Origin: Bdellovibrionales bacterium GWA1_52_35
GTDB taxonomy: Bacteria > Bdellovibrionota > UBA1018
Length of the DNA stretch: 64,000 nucleotides
Assembly (NCBI GenBank): GCA_001769805.1
Contig: MEPO01000027.1
Location: 75,276-139,275, forward strand
Direction of reading: 5' to 3'
Part shown: one piece after another, positions 7,962 to 15,862 of the stretch
Layout: each line of letters starts with the position of its first letter
How positions within the stretch are numbered: position 1 is the first letter of the stretch
Position numbers and translations under genes: made by a program
The notes under the pieces: generated by a model
What the model was told of the DNA's origin: nothing
The model's input: only the letters and a program-made list of their open reading frames with translations
Databases searched by the model: none

Positions 7962-10285
7962 TCCAGGTCACCTTTTTTCAGATAACGCGACAGCTTGCGC
8001 TTGGAGCGCTCATAGTAAATATCATCGACCGGTGCGACACTCAGGCATTCTTTGAATTTGTTCTTGGCAGTATCAAAATCGCTATAGCTTTCAGCAAGAA
8101 CGGCTTCGGTATAGATCACCTTCGCGCGATCGTGGAGCACGGCCCGCAGACGCTTCATTCCCAGATAGCCGGCCGGATGTTCCGGATCGACAAGCGTCGC
8201 TTTCCGGTAAAGCTGATATGCCCGCGCCAGATCACCCGATTCCTCCAGTTGTTTCGCTTCCTGCAGGAAGGGCTCCCGTACCGCCGCAATCGCGGCTTGC
8301 GCCCGCCTCATCAGAGCTGCGCGCGCTGGGTGCAGCTTCGGATCAGAGGCCCCCATTTCAGCCAGCTCTTTGAGAATATTGATGGCCTGCCGGTACTTGC
8401 CGGCCTTGAAACGGGCTTTCGCTTCCGCATAGACGCCCCAGGCATGCTTGTTGATTTGTGTGCGGGTCTGTTTTTGTATTTCCTTGATACGCTCGGACTC
8501 TTCCCATTCGCCGATCTCTTTGCGCCAGGCTCCCACCTCTGCGTTGTCAGGATCAATTTCCAAAATTCCCGGGAAGAGTTCGCTGGCTTTCCGATACTGC
8601 TTCTTCTCCATCAAGTCGCGGACCTCATCGGCCAGCTCGGCAACCCGGGCCTTGATCCGCGCTTCCTCTTCCTTCCTCTTCTTCTCTTCTTCCATGGCTT
8701 CACTGCGCCGCTTTCCCTGCTCTGCATAGTGCTTCAGCTCGATAGAATTATCGTAGTCCGAAACCAGTGAAAACAGCTGACTCAATTCGTAGAGAGCTTT
8801 ATCGAAATCCCCATTGGTGTAGTATTGGAAAGCCAAGGCGTGTTTTGCTTTTACAAATTTCTGTTCCTCGGGTTTCAACCGTTCAAAAGTTCTCAAGCTG
8901 CTTTTATCGAGAACCCCTGGACTCGGCTTGGACTGCGGTTTTCGCTGCAATTTGGGCGCATCCCCTTCTTCCATTCCCCACCAGAGCGCCAGCAGGCCGA
9001 GGGCTCCGACCAGGAATTTTTGTCGGGCAGGAAGTTTTGCGAAGAGACTCTTGCCCTTGTTTCCACCCATTCCGGCAATCCCGGTGACGCCGGTCATTCC
9101 CGGAATATGAGGACTCGGAGCGGAGGCGGAATTCCCGCCCGCTCCCACGCCCGGCAGAATATTGATCCGCGATTCCTTGGCATCCCAGGCATTGGACTCC
9201 CCACCGGAAGGAACAGGACTTGACTGGATCAGACTTGAAATTTCCGGAACAGGGAAAGAATAGCTTTTGTTCTCACTTTCAACGGGGAGCGCTGATTGGA
9301 CCTGCCGTGTATAATCAGCACTTTTGATAAGAAAATTGAAAATCACATCACCAATCTGGATCTGATCTTCGCCCGTGAGTTCCTGCTCACTAATTTTCAC
9401 ACCATTGACGAAAGTACCATTGGCTGAAGCAAGATCCTTGATCACATAACTCAAGCCAGCTTTGCGTATGATCGCGTTCTTGCGGGAAGCTCGTTTATCA
9501 TTCAATACGATGTCACAGGTTTTCGCACGGCCGATCGAAATTTCATCGCCACTGAAAACGTATTCTTCGACGTTCGCACTGCCCGGCTTGAAAATCAGGC
9601 GGACTGCAATTTTGCCGATCGGCGCGACTTTGGTCGCGGCATCACTTTCGGCAATTTCCATGAATTTAGTGGCCAGCGGCATAGGATCATCCAGCGCGGC
9701 TGGCAGCGCGGCGGGTTTTTCAGGATCGGACATGATAGGATGAACCGGTGCAGGAGTAGGGGCCGGCTCTGACTCTTCCCCCTGCGGCATTTCAATCGGA
9801 CTTTCGTTAATCGGTAAAACAGTTGCCGGCGCGGCATCACTCAAATCAGACAGGGGTTCTTCATATTGATCCGGCCCAGCCTTGGGTACGGACGGTACCA
9901 GAGCCGGCTTGATCGGAATGACAGGCACTTCCTGAGCGATCGGTGCAGCAGGAGCTGCGCGCAAGGGATTTGCCTCTGCTGGTGGAATCGAAACCTTCAC
10001 CAGGTAAGGACCCAGGGCTATGACATCGCCCTCGACCAGCATGCCGCTCGCGCAAAGCTTTCCGTTGATGCTCAAAGGAGCATATTCACTTTTCTTTTCG
10101 ACCTGTATGCCTTCAGGAGTCTGGGTAAATACGACATGACGTCGCGAAATAGCCCGATCTTCAAGCCGAATCACGCAGTCTTCGCCTCGGCCTACGACAA
10201 GCGGCCTGCTGTTGGGCGGGAGCTGGCAGGATTTGATCACCTCGCCATTTTTCAGAAAGGTGAGAAGTGGAGCAGCACCCATCAA
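7958..10285 (-). CDS. Membrane protein with two FHA domains, Pro-rich linker, TM helix and C-terminal TPR-like region
   Basis: FHA1 GRGEDC..ISRRH; FHA2 GRAKTC..ASRKN..SANGTFVNG; TM FLVGALGLLALWWGM; TPR-like helices (ILEIDPDN, ATLVDPEH). Confidence 0.85.
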   Translation of the reverse strand: MMGAAPLLTFLKNGEVIKSCQLPPNSRPLVVGRGEDCVIRLEDRAISRRHVVFTQTPEGIQVEKKSEYAPLSINGKLCASGMLVEGDVIALGPYLVKVSIPPAEANPLRAAPAAPIAQEVPVIPIKPALVPSVPKAGPDQYEEPLSDLSDAAPATVLPINESPIEMPQGEESEPAPTPAPVHPIMSDPEKPAALPAALDDPMPLATKFMEIAESDAATKVAPIGKIAVRLIFKPGSANVEEYVFSGDEISIGRAKTCDIVLNDKRASRKNAIIRKAGLSYVIKDLASANGTFVNGVKISEQELTGEDQIQIGDVIFNFLIKSADYTRQVQSALPVESENKSYSFPVPEISSLIQSSPVPSGGESNAWDAKESRINILPGVGAGGNSASAPSPHIPGMTGVTGIAGMGGNKGKSLFAKLPARQKFLVGALGLLALWWGMEEGDAPKLQRKPQSKPSPGVLDKSSLRTFERLKPEEQKFVKAKHALAFQYYTNGDFDKALYELSQLFSLVSDYDNSIELKHYAEQGKRRSEAMEEEKKRKEEEARIKARVAELADEVRDLMEKKQYRKASELFPGILEIDPDNAEVGAWRKEIGEWEESERIKEIQKQTRTQINKHAWGVYAEAKARFKAGKYRQAINILKELAEMGASDPKLHPARAALMRRAQAAIAAVREPFLQEAKQLEESGDLARAYQLYRKATLVDPEHPAGYLGMKRLRAVLHDRAKVIYTEAVLAESYSDFDTAKNKFKECLSVAPVDDIYYERSKRKLSRYLKKGDLE

Positions 10286-11283
10286 CGCACCCCTCCCTTC
10301 ATTTCTTTTCTGACGGAATCAAGCTGTTCTTTAGCAACGATATAGGACTCATCACTCTGTGCCCGGTGCAAGAGGCGCAGCACCGACTCAAAATGCCCGC
10401 GGGCATCTTTCAGCTTGCCGGCACTTTGTGACTTCTTGCCCACTTCCAGGTGAAACTTCACCTCTTGCGTGATTTCGCGATTACAGTTTTCAAGATAGAG
10501 TGTCGCAAGCCGGTGCCCCGGTGCGATCTGAAGAACGGTTTCGAATTGAACCCGCGCCCGCAAGTAATTTTTTTCCCGGAACTCCCGGAACCCGCTCCGG
10601 TAGAACATTTCAGCCGTTCTATTGACCGCGGCTTCAGCTCCTTTTGGAAGATACGAAGCAAGGTCTCTTTGGGCCTCAAGCTTCTCCGGCTTTTTCTGAC
10701 GAGGAGCCTGTTCATCCTTGCCCAGGAAAAGCACCAGCATCAAAACCGCTCCCGCTCCAAGATAAAGCTTGGTGCGGTTTCCGCCACTTCCGGCCGCACC
10801 CCTGACCCCAGCACCGCCCCCCAGAAGGGATCCGCTCGAATCAATGCCGCGCGCGCGTTTTCGCTGGGCCTCGAAAGCTGCTTGTTCTGCTTCGATCTGC
10901 TTTATATCCCGAGGAGGTGCGATCAGCATCATTGTGCCCGCTTCAGCGGCCACGAACTCGAAAGTCGTTTCTCCGATTTTGAAAGTATCCTTCAGCTTCA
11001 GGCGCCCGCCTCTGGTGGGCGCGCCGTTCAACAGCATTCCATTTGCACTGGCAAGATCCCGGATATTCCAAGTATCACCCGTGCCAACAATTTCGGCATG
11101 AATCCGCGATGCTTTCAGATCGGAAATTATGATGTCGTTTTCATCACCGCGACCAATCGTGGCACGACTTCGCAGAAGAACATAGACGCACCCATAATCA
11201 GGACCCTGGATCACCTTGAGCCGGGCCAGCTCACCTTGCTGTTTCGGAAGGGTGCTTTGTTTGAAACGGATTGCTGTGCCCAT
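10282..11283 (-). CDS. FHA-TM-TPR membrane protein
   Basis: FHA IGRGDEND..ASRIHA..SANG; TM LYLGAGAVLMLVLFL; TPR-like VLQIAPGH. Confidence 0.85.
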   Translation of the reverse strand: MGTAIRFKQSTLPKQQGELARLKVIQGPDYGCVYVLLRSRATIGRGDENDIIISDLKASRIHAEIVGTGDTWNIRDLASANGMLLNGAPTRGGRLKLKDTFKIGETTFEFVAAEAGTMMLIAPPRDIKQIEAEQAAFEAQRKRARGIDSSGSLLGGGAGVRGAAGSGGNRTKLYLGAGAVLMLVLFLGKDEQAPRQKKPEKLEAQRDLASYLPKGAEAAVNRTAEMFYRSGFREFREKNYLRARVQFETVLQIAPGHRLATLYLENCNREITQEVKFHLEVGKKSQSAGKLKDARGHFESVLRLLHRAQSDESYIVAKEQLDSVRKEMKGGVR

Positions 11284-12941
11284 CAGCTCTCCGATCTCAC
11301 GAATGTGATCACGAAACCCTTGATCTGGCCTCCCGGCATGGCGAATGCCGCAGCGTTGACTCTGTACGCGATGCCTTCAAATTCATAATCCTCGGAAATC
11401 GTTTCTCCAGAGCTTGCCGTCACCCGGTCAATCAGATCCCCGGCAAAGGAATCAAAGGCTTGATCCCGCGCCACGGCCGAAATGGTCTGTCCCACGGCCG
11501 TGTCGCCCCGAATTCCGCTGATTTCCTGAAAGATCGTGTTCAGATAGACAATCCGGCGTTCATGATCGCAGAGAACCAGGCCGAATTTCGACAACTCTCC
11601 CATCATTCGAACGGGGCCGGCAAAAATCTCCGTTGAAATGGCACCTTCCACAGACTGACTGTCCATCGTGGAGGCGCGAGGAATACGCTGCAGAGCTGAA
11701 TCGATCAGCTGCCAGAGTTGATTCGTGTCTTCCACTTTGTACTCATGCGTGACTTGGGCGATGTCGCCCTTCAAACCTTTTTCGAGATCTTCAGTCAGTA
11801 TCCGATAAGGTCGCAAGGTGAGCCGCCGGACAATTGCGAAGATGAGGATCGCGAATAGGCCTGTGAATATGAAAGTCTTTGAATAGATGACGCTGATTTC
11901 TCCGGTATCGAGTGTCACGAGTCCGGTATCGATGGACACGATCGACATTGCCGCCACCACATTCCGTCCTGCTCGCGAGCTGAAGACTTTGACCGGTTCG
12001 ATCGCGGTGATCGTTGATTCATCGAGTTCGGCCGCATATCCGGTCTCCCGACCCCTGTCGAACTGTTCTTTCATTTTCCGGGCAAAACGCGACTCGACAC
12101 CGGAAGTCAAAATATTTCCCGCTTTCGAAGGCGGCGCCAGTACGCGGTTATCGAGATCCACCAGCAGCGCCAGCTTCACTCCCTCAGCATCTTCCGCAAG
12201 TCCGATTTCAGTTTTAGAACTCGCACCAGCAGCCACGAATTGGACGTTCTGTTCCGCGATCTGCCGGGCCATGAAACGAGCTCGGCTGCTTGCTTCCTTT
12301 ACGACCGTCATCCGGCCGGACTCAATCAGCGGATAGACCGAAATAACCAGATTTCCCAGAGTCAGCACCGCGAGCAGTCCAAAGATCATCAGATGCCACT
12401 CGTGCTTCAGGTTCAGGGAATAGAATATCGGCATGATCTGCCGTTCAAAATACCAGAGCAATTTTTCCTTGAGGTCCTTGGGGGGCGTATTTGCATTCAT
12501 GGCATCAATCGCCATTTGCGATGAGCCACCTTGGGATCCGATACCGAATTCCGAAACTCCGGCAGGCAGTGATTTCGAAGATCCGACCGAAGCCAGAGCG
12601 ATCACGTTTCCTAAGCCTGCGACGTCTGGCGCTCTTCTCGGTGTTTTCGCTTTGGGATCGCTGATTTCGAAGACGTATTCTCCGACGCTGATCCGGTCGC
12701 CGAGATTCACTGTTTTTGTTTTCGCTAGGATTCCATTGATGAACGTACCGTTTGAACTGCCCTGGTCCTGGACAATGATTTCGTCCTTGCTGACCGAAAG
12801 CACACAGTGGTGCTTCGAAACCCGCGCAGATGGCAATACGACGACATTGTCGCCATGGCGACCTATCGAGGTACTTCCGTTTTCCTGCAGCACGTAACTG
12901 CTACCCGAATTGGGGCCAGCCACGATGGTCAGCTTATACAT
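11283..12941 (-). CDS. FHA-TM-extracytoplasmic domain-TM-HAMP-like-PAS-like membrane sensor without output domain
   Basis: FHA IGRHGDN..VSKHH..SSNGTFING; two TM helices; HAMP-like LRPYRILTEDLE..GD; PAS-like GLVLCD...IVYLN.IF..ISG at the C-terminus. Confidence 0.75.
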   Translation of the reverse strand: MYKLTIVAGPNSGSSYVLQENGSTSIGRHGDNVVVLPSARVSKHHCVLSVSKDEIIVQDQGSSNGTFINGILAKTKTVNLGDRISVGEYVFEISDPKAKTPRRAPDVAGLGNVIALASVGSSKSLPAGVSEFGIGSQGGSSQMAIDAMNANTPPKDLKEKLLWYFERQIMPIFYSLNLKHEWHLMIFGLLAVLTLGNLVISVYPLIESGRMTVVKEASSRARFMARQIAEQNVQFVAAGASSKTEIGLAEDAEGVKLALLVDLDNRVLAPPSKAGNILTSGVESRFARKMKEQFDRGRETGYAAELDESTITAIEPVKVFSSRAGRNVVAAMSIVSIDTGLVTLDTGEISVIYSKTFIFTGLFAILIFAIVRRLTLRPYRILTEDLEKGLKGDIAQVTHEYKVEDTNQLWQLIDSALQRIPRASTMDSQSVEGAISTEIFAGPVRMMGELSKFGLVLCDHERRIVYLNTIFQEISGIRGDTAVGQTISAVARDQAFDSFAGDLIDRVTASSGETISEDYEFEGIAYRVNAAAFAMPGGQIKGFVITFVRSES

Positions 12942-13318
12942 AATTCGTCCCCTGCGCGTAGGGTGCAGCGTTCAATCGTTCCGTCCGGAAGCTCCAAGGT
13001 ATCGTCGGCTTGCCGATCAAAGAGCGGAAGAATCCGCCATGGCCTGACTCCGGGATGTACCGAGCTGATCTTCCAGGACGTTTTTCCCTGCGCAGTGACC
13101 TCCTTTCGAATAAATACGACATCAATCCGCATCGTCATGAACCAGGTGTGAATGTTGTTGCACTCCGGGAACAACATTCCTGCACCGTTTTCGAGGGAGG
13201 ATTTTCCGATCAGTCCACGAAGACGATCGAAAAAATGCTCCGCCTCATAACACTTATCGGCAATAAGGGCTTGATTTGTTAGGGACTGCACCTTTTTCAA
13301 TTGAGCATGGATTTTCAT
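12929..13318 (-). CDS. DUF192 family protein
   Basis: A..FFDRLRGLIG, GMLF, IHTWFM..RIDVVF, PWR and TLELP.G motifs. Confidence 0.88.
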   Translation of the reverse strand: MKIHAQLKKVQSLTNQALIADKCYEAEHFFDRLRGLIGKSSLENGAGMLFPECNNIHTWFMTMRIDVVFIRKEVTAQGKTSWKISSVHPGVRPWRILPLFDRQADDTLELPDGTIERCTLRAGDELCIS

Positions 13319-14031
13319 TCGGGTTTTCCACCCTGGGGGATAAAGGCCAGCGGCTGATTTTCTTGAATTTTCCTGATCAACTCCGAACGACCCGGCTCTT
13401 CGAGTGTCAATATTTCAACGCCCATTCCTTTCGGCAAAATATCCGCTCTGGGGCGAACCCATCGTACAACGCCGGTTCCAGAGAGCCGAATTGACGGATC
13501 ACTCAAATGGAGTTCAAGCCGGACTACTTCGTCCACGGTTGCTTCAACTATTCCAGGAACGAATATGCCGCCTCGCCCGACACATCGCCAGTCGATAGCC
13601 GTTTTTTGAAAAGCAAGCGTCTGCGGCTCCATCTGCTCAACTGCAGACCATCGCTCCGCCTGTGGCAACAGCAGGTTCGCGATCGTACTGATCACTTTTC
13701 GCATACTGAAGGGTTTCGGGAAAATGGCATCCGCACCCATATCGTAAAGTGACTCGGTGGTTACATCGGCAAAGCCGGAGATCAGCGAGAAAACCGATTC
13801 AGAGGTGCGCTCCCGTACTTTCCGGAGCAGTTCCGTACCATCCCCTCCCGACATGCGGACGTCTGAAATAATGACCTCTGGCGAAGACTTTAAGAATAGT
13901 TCAAAACCTTCGGTGCCATTCGCAGCTGCGAGGCTCTTGCTGCCACGTGCAGACAGGGCTTCGCAGATCAGTTCACGAATCAATGGCTCATCATCGACCA
14001 CAAGAATGGTCTTGCCCTCAAGAGGATTCAT
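13315..14031 (-). CDS. Response regulator, REC plus C-terminal PilZ-like domain
   Basis: REC: ILVVDDE, ISDVRM, KPF. PilZ-like: GRGGIFV, GTGVVRWVR, GMGVEI. Confidence 0.85.
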   Translation of the reverse strand: MNPLEGKTILVVDDEPLIRELICEALSARGSKSLAAANGTEGFELFLKSSPEVIISDVRMSGGDGTELLRKVRERTSESVFSLISGFADVTTESLYDMGADAIFPKPFSMRKVISTIANLLLPQAERWSAVEQMEPQTLAFQKTAIDWRCVGRGGIFVPGIVEATVDEVVRLELHLSDPSIRLSGTGVVRWVRPRADILPKGMGVEILTLEEPGRSELIRKIQENQPLAFIPQGGKPE

Positions 14032-14819
14032 CAGGCCGCCTCCCTGACGTGAGTGTAAGCCAAAGGCATCCGGAGCAGAAAACAGGTCAATTCATCGCTC
14101 TTCAGCAGTAATTCTCCTTGATGGGCTTCCATGATTTGTTTTGAAATCGAAAGGCCCAGTCCTGTGCCCTGGGCCTTTGTGGTAAAGTGCGGCTCCATGA
14201 CCCTGCTGCGAATCGCCTCGGGAATTGCCGGACCACTGTTTGCAATCTGGAGCTCCAGACTGTTCTCATTTCGCGCTATTTCAATCGATATCCATTTTTT
14301 TCCGGAACGGCTGGTTTCATTTCCGATGGCTTCGATCGCCTCGACTGCGTTGAGCAGAAGATTGAGAAGCACTTGCGTGATCTGCGCGGGCCTGCAATCA
14401 ATCTTGAATTCCTGTTCCAGCGGTTCAATTCTGAGTTCGATCTGAAGTTGCAGCAATTTCGAACGCACCAGGCTGATTGTCATGCCTAGAATTTCGTCCA
14501 GACTGGCGCGCACAAAGGACTCTTCCTGAGTGTTGCGACTGAGCGCCTTAACACCCAGGACCACTTTTTCGATGTGGCGGGCAGTCAACTCGATCTGCTC
14601 GAGCGACTGCTCCAGCTGTTGCGGGTCCAGCTCACCCGTCTTCAAAAGTCCACGGAGATGAGTCGTTCTGGCTAAGATCACCGTCAGCGGACTGCAGACC
14701 TCATGCACAAGTCCGGCAGAGAGTTCTCCCAAAGCGCGCATTTTTTCGAAATGCTCCTGGTTGTTTTCCGCTTCGGAATACTGACTGGCCCAATTCCGGA
14801 TGTTTTTCCAGATACTCAT
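14031..14819 (-). CDS. Histidine kinase (HisKA + HATPase) lacking a sensor domain
   Basis: LGELSAGLVHEVCSPL H-box, QVLLNLLLNA N-box, NSGPAI, FTTK..GTGLGL; only about 25 aa precede the H-box helix. Confidence 0.9.
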   Translation of the reverse strand: MSIWKNIRNWASQYSEAENNQEHFEKMRALGELSAGLVHEVCSPLTVILARTTHLRGLLKTGELDPQQLEQSLEQIELTARHIEKVVLGVKALSRNTQEESFVRASLDEILGMTISLVRSKLLQLQIELRIEPLEQEFKIDCRPAQITQVLLNLLLNAVEAIEAIGNETSRSGKKWISIEIARNENSLELQIANSGPAIPEAIRSRVMEPHFTTKAQGTGLGLSISKQIMEAHQGELLLKSDELTCFLLRMPLAYTHVREAA

Positions 14820-14827
14820 TCAATTAC

Positions 14828-14853
14828 GTATCGGTACTCAACCTAAAAATTTA
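14828..14853 (-). promoter_or_regulatory. Putative sigma-28 promoter of the HK-FHA-PP2C operon
   Basis: TAAA-N14-ACCGATAC ending 8 nt before ATG 14819; no SD visible. Confidence 0.5.
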
Positions 14854-14878
14854 TAGGAAAAACAAAAGCTAAGCTGAA

Positions 14879-15838
14879 TCAGGATCGTGTGAATGCCACG
14901 AAGGCCCCACCGATCAGGCCGGCATTATTGTGAAGACTGGAAACTTTCAGATCAGGCATCAGGTCCACCCCAACTCTGCGCCTGACAAGGAGTTTCTCAA
15001 GATGCGTTTTGGTTTTTTTCATAAAGAGATCAGCGGTTTGGGCGAAGCTGCCCGTTAAAATTACGAGTTCCGGAGCGTAAACCACGGCATAATTGTGAAT
15101 AGCCACGGCCATCAGGAATGAATACTCATCGAACATCGCTCTGGCATTCAAATCGCCCGATCTGGCCATGTCCGCAATTTCCTTGGCATCCAACTTTTCG
15201 TTGCCCAATTTCACGCGGGCTCGGCGGGTGAAATTTCGTCCCGAAAGATAAGCTTCGGCGCAACCATGATTCCCGCAGCCACAAGGCGCGGATTCGTCAT
15301 TGTACTGCAGAATCAGATGCCCCGCCTCGGGATGGAGATCCCGCCCGGCGCGAACCAATTCACCGTTGACGATAATTCCGGTTCCCAAGCCAGTGCCAAG
15401 AGTCAAAATCATGGCGTTTTGGGATTTGCGGGCAGCCCCGACCCAATGTTCGGCCAGGATCGCTGCGGCCGCATCATTTTCCATCACGACTGGAAGTTTC
15501 AGTTTTCGGGAAAGCAATTGTGCGAGAGGCGTCTTGCCCCAGGCGCCTTCAGGTCCCGAAAAATTCGTCGGGTCCAGCAAAACTCCTGTTTTCGGTTCCA
15601 AAGGACCTGCCGAAGCGATCCCGATGCGTTTGATCTTCGGATACTCGGCAATCATTTCCTGGCCCAAGTCAGCCAGTTGACGGATGACTGCCTGCTTTCC
15701 CTGCCTGAAGACAACCGGAACACGCTTGCACTTGAGCACTTTCCCGCTCGAATCCACCACTCCGACCTCGACCTTGGTTCCTCCAAGATCGTAAGCCAAA
15801 ACATAAGGAATTTTCGTCAACAGACCTTTCTGACTCAT
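14879..15838 (-). CDS. ROK family sugar kinase (glucokinase-like)
   Basis: DLGGTK, ENDAAAA, LTLGTGLG, E.GH and CGCGNHGCAE motifs. Confidence 0.92.
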   Translation of the reverse strand: MSQKGLLTKIPYVLAYDLGGTKVEVGVVDSSGKVLKCKRVPVVFRQGKQAVIRQLADLGQEMIAEYPKIKRIGIASAGPLEPKTGVLLDPTNFSGPEGAWGKTPLAQLLSRKLKLPVVMENDAAAAILAEHWVGAARKSQNAMILTLGTGLGTGIIVNGELVRAGRDLHPEAGHLILQYNDESAPCGCGNHGCAEAYLSGRNFTRRARVKLGNEKLDAKEIADMARSGDLNARAMFDEYSFLMAVAIHNYAVVYAPELVILTGSFAQTADLFMKKTKTHLEKLLVRRRVGVDLMPDLKVSSLHNNAGLIGGAFVAFTRS

Positions 15839-15862
15839 CAATCAACATGTACCATAAGAGTT

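Noticed and set aside
7931..11388. Long plus-strand ORFs (279 aa and 312 aa)
   Set aside because: Antisense shadows of the FHA genes with no recognisable motifs
15266..15862. N-terminal extension of the 1066-aa FtsK ORF
   Set aside because: Overlaps the ROK kinase gene on the opposite strand; FtsK-like sequence starts near ATG 15863
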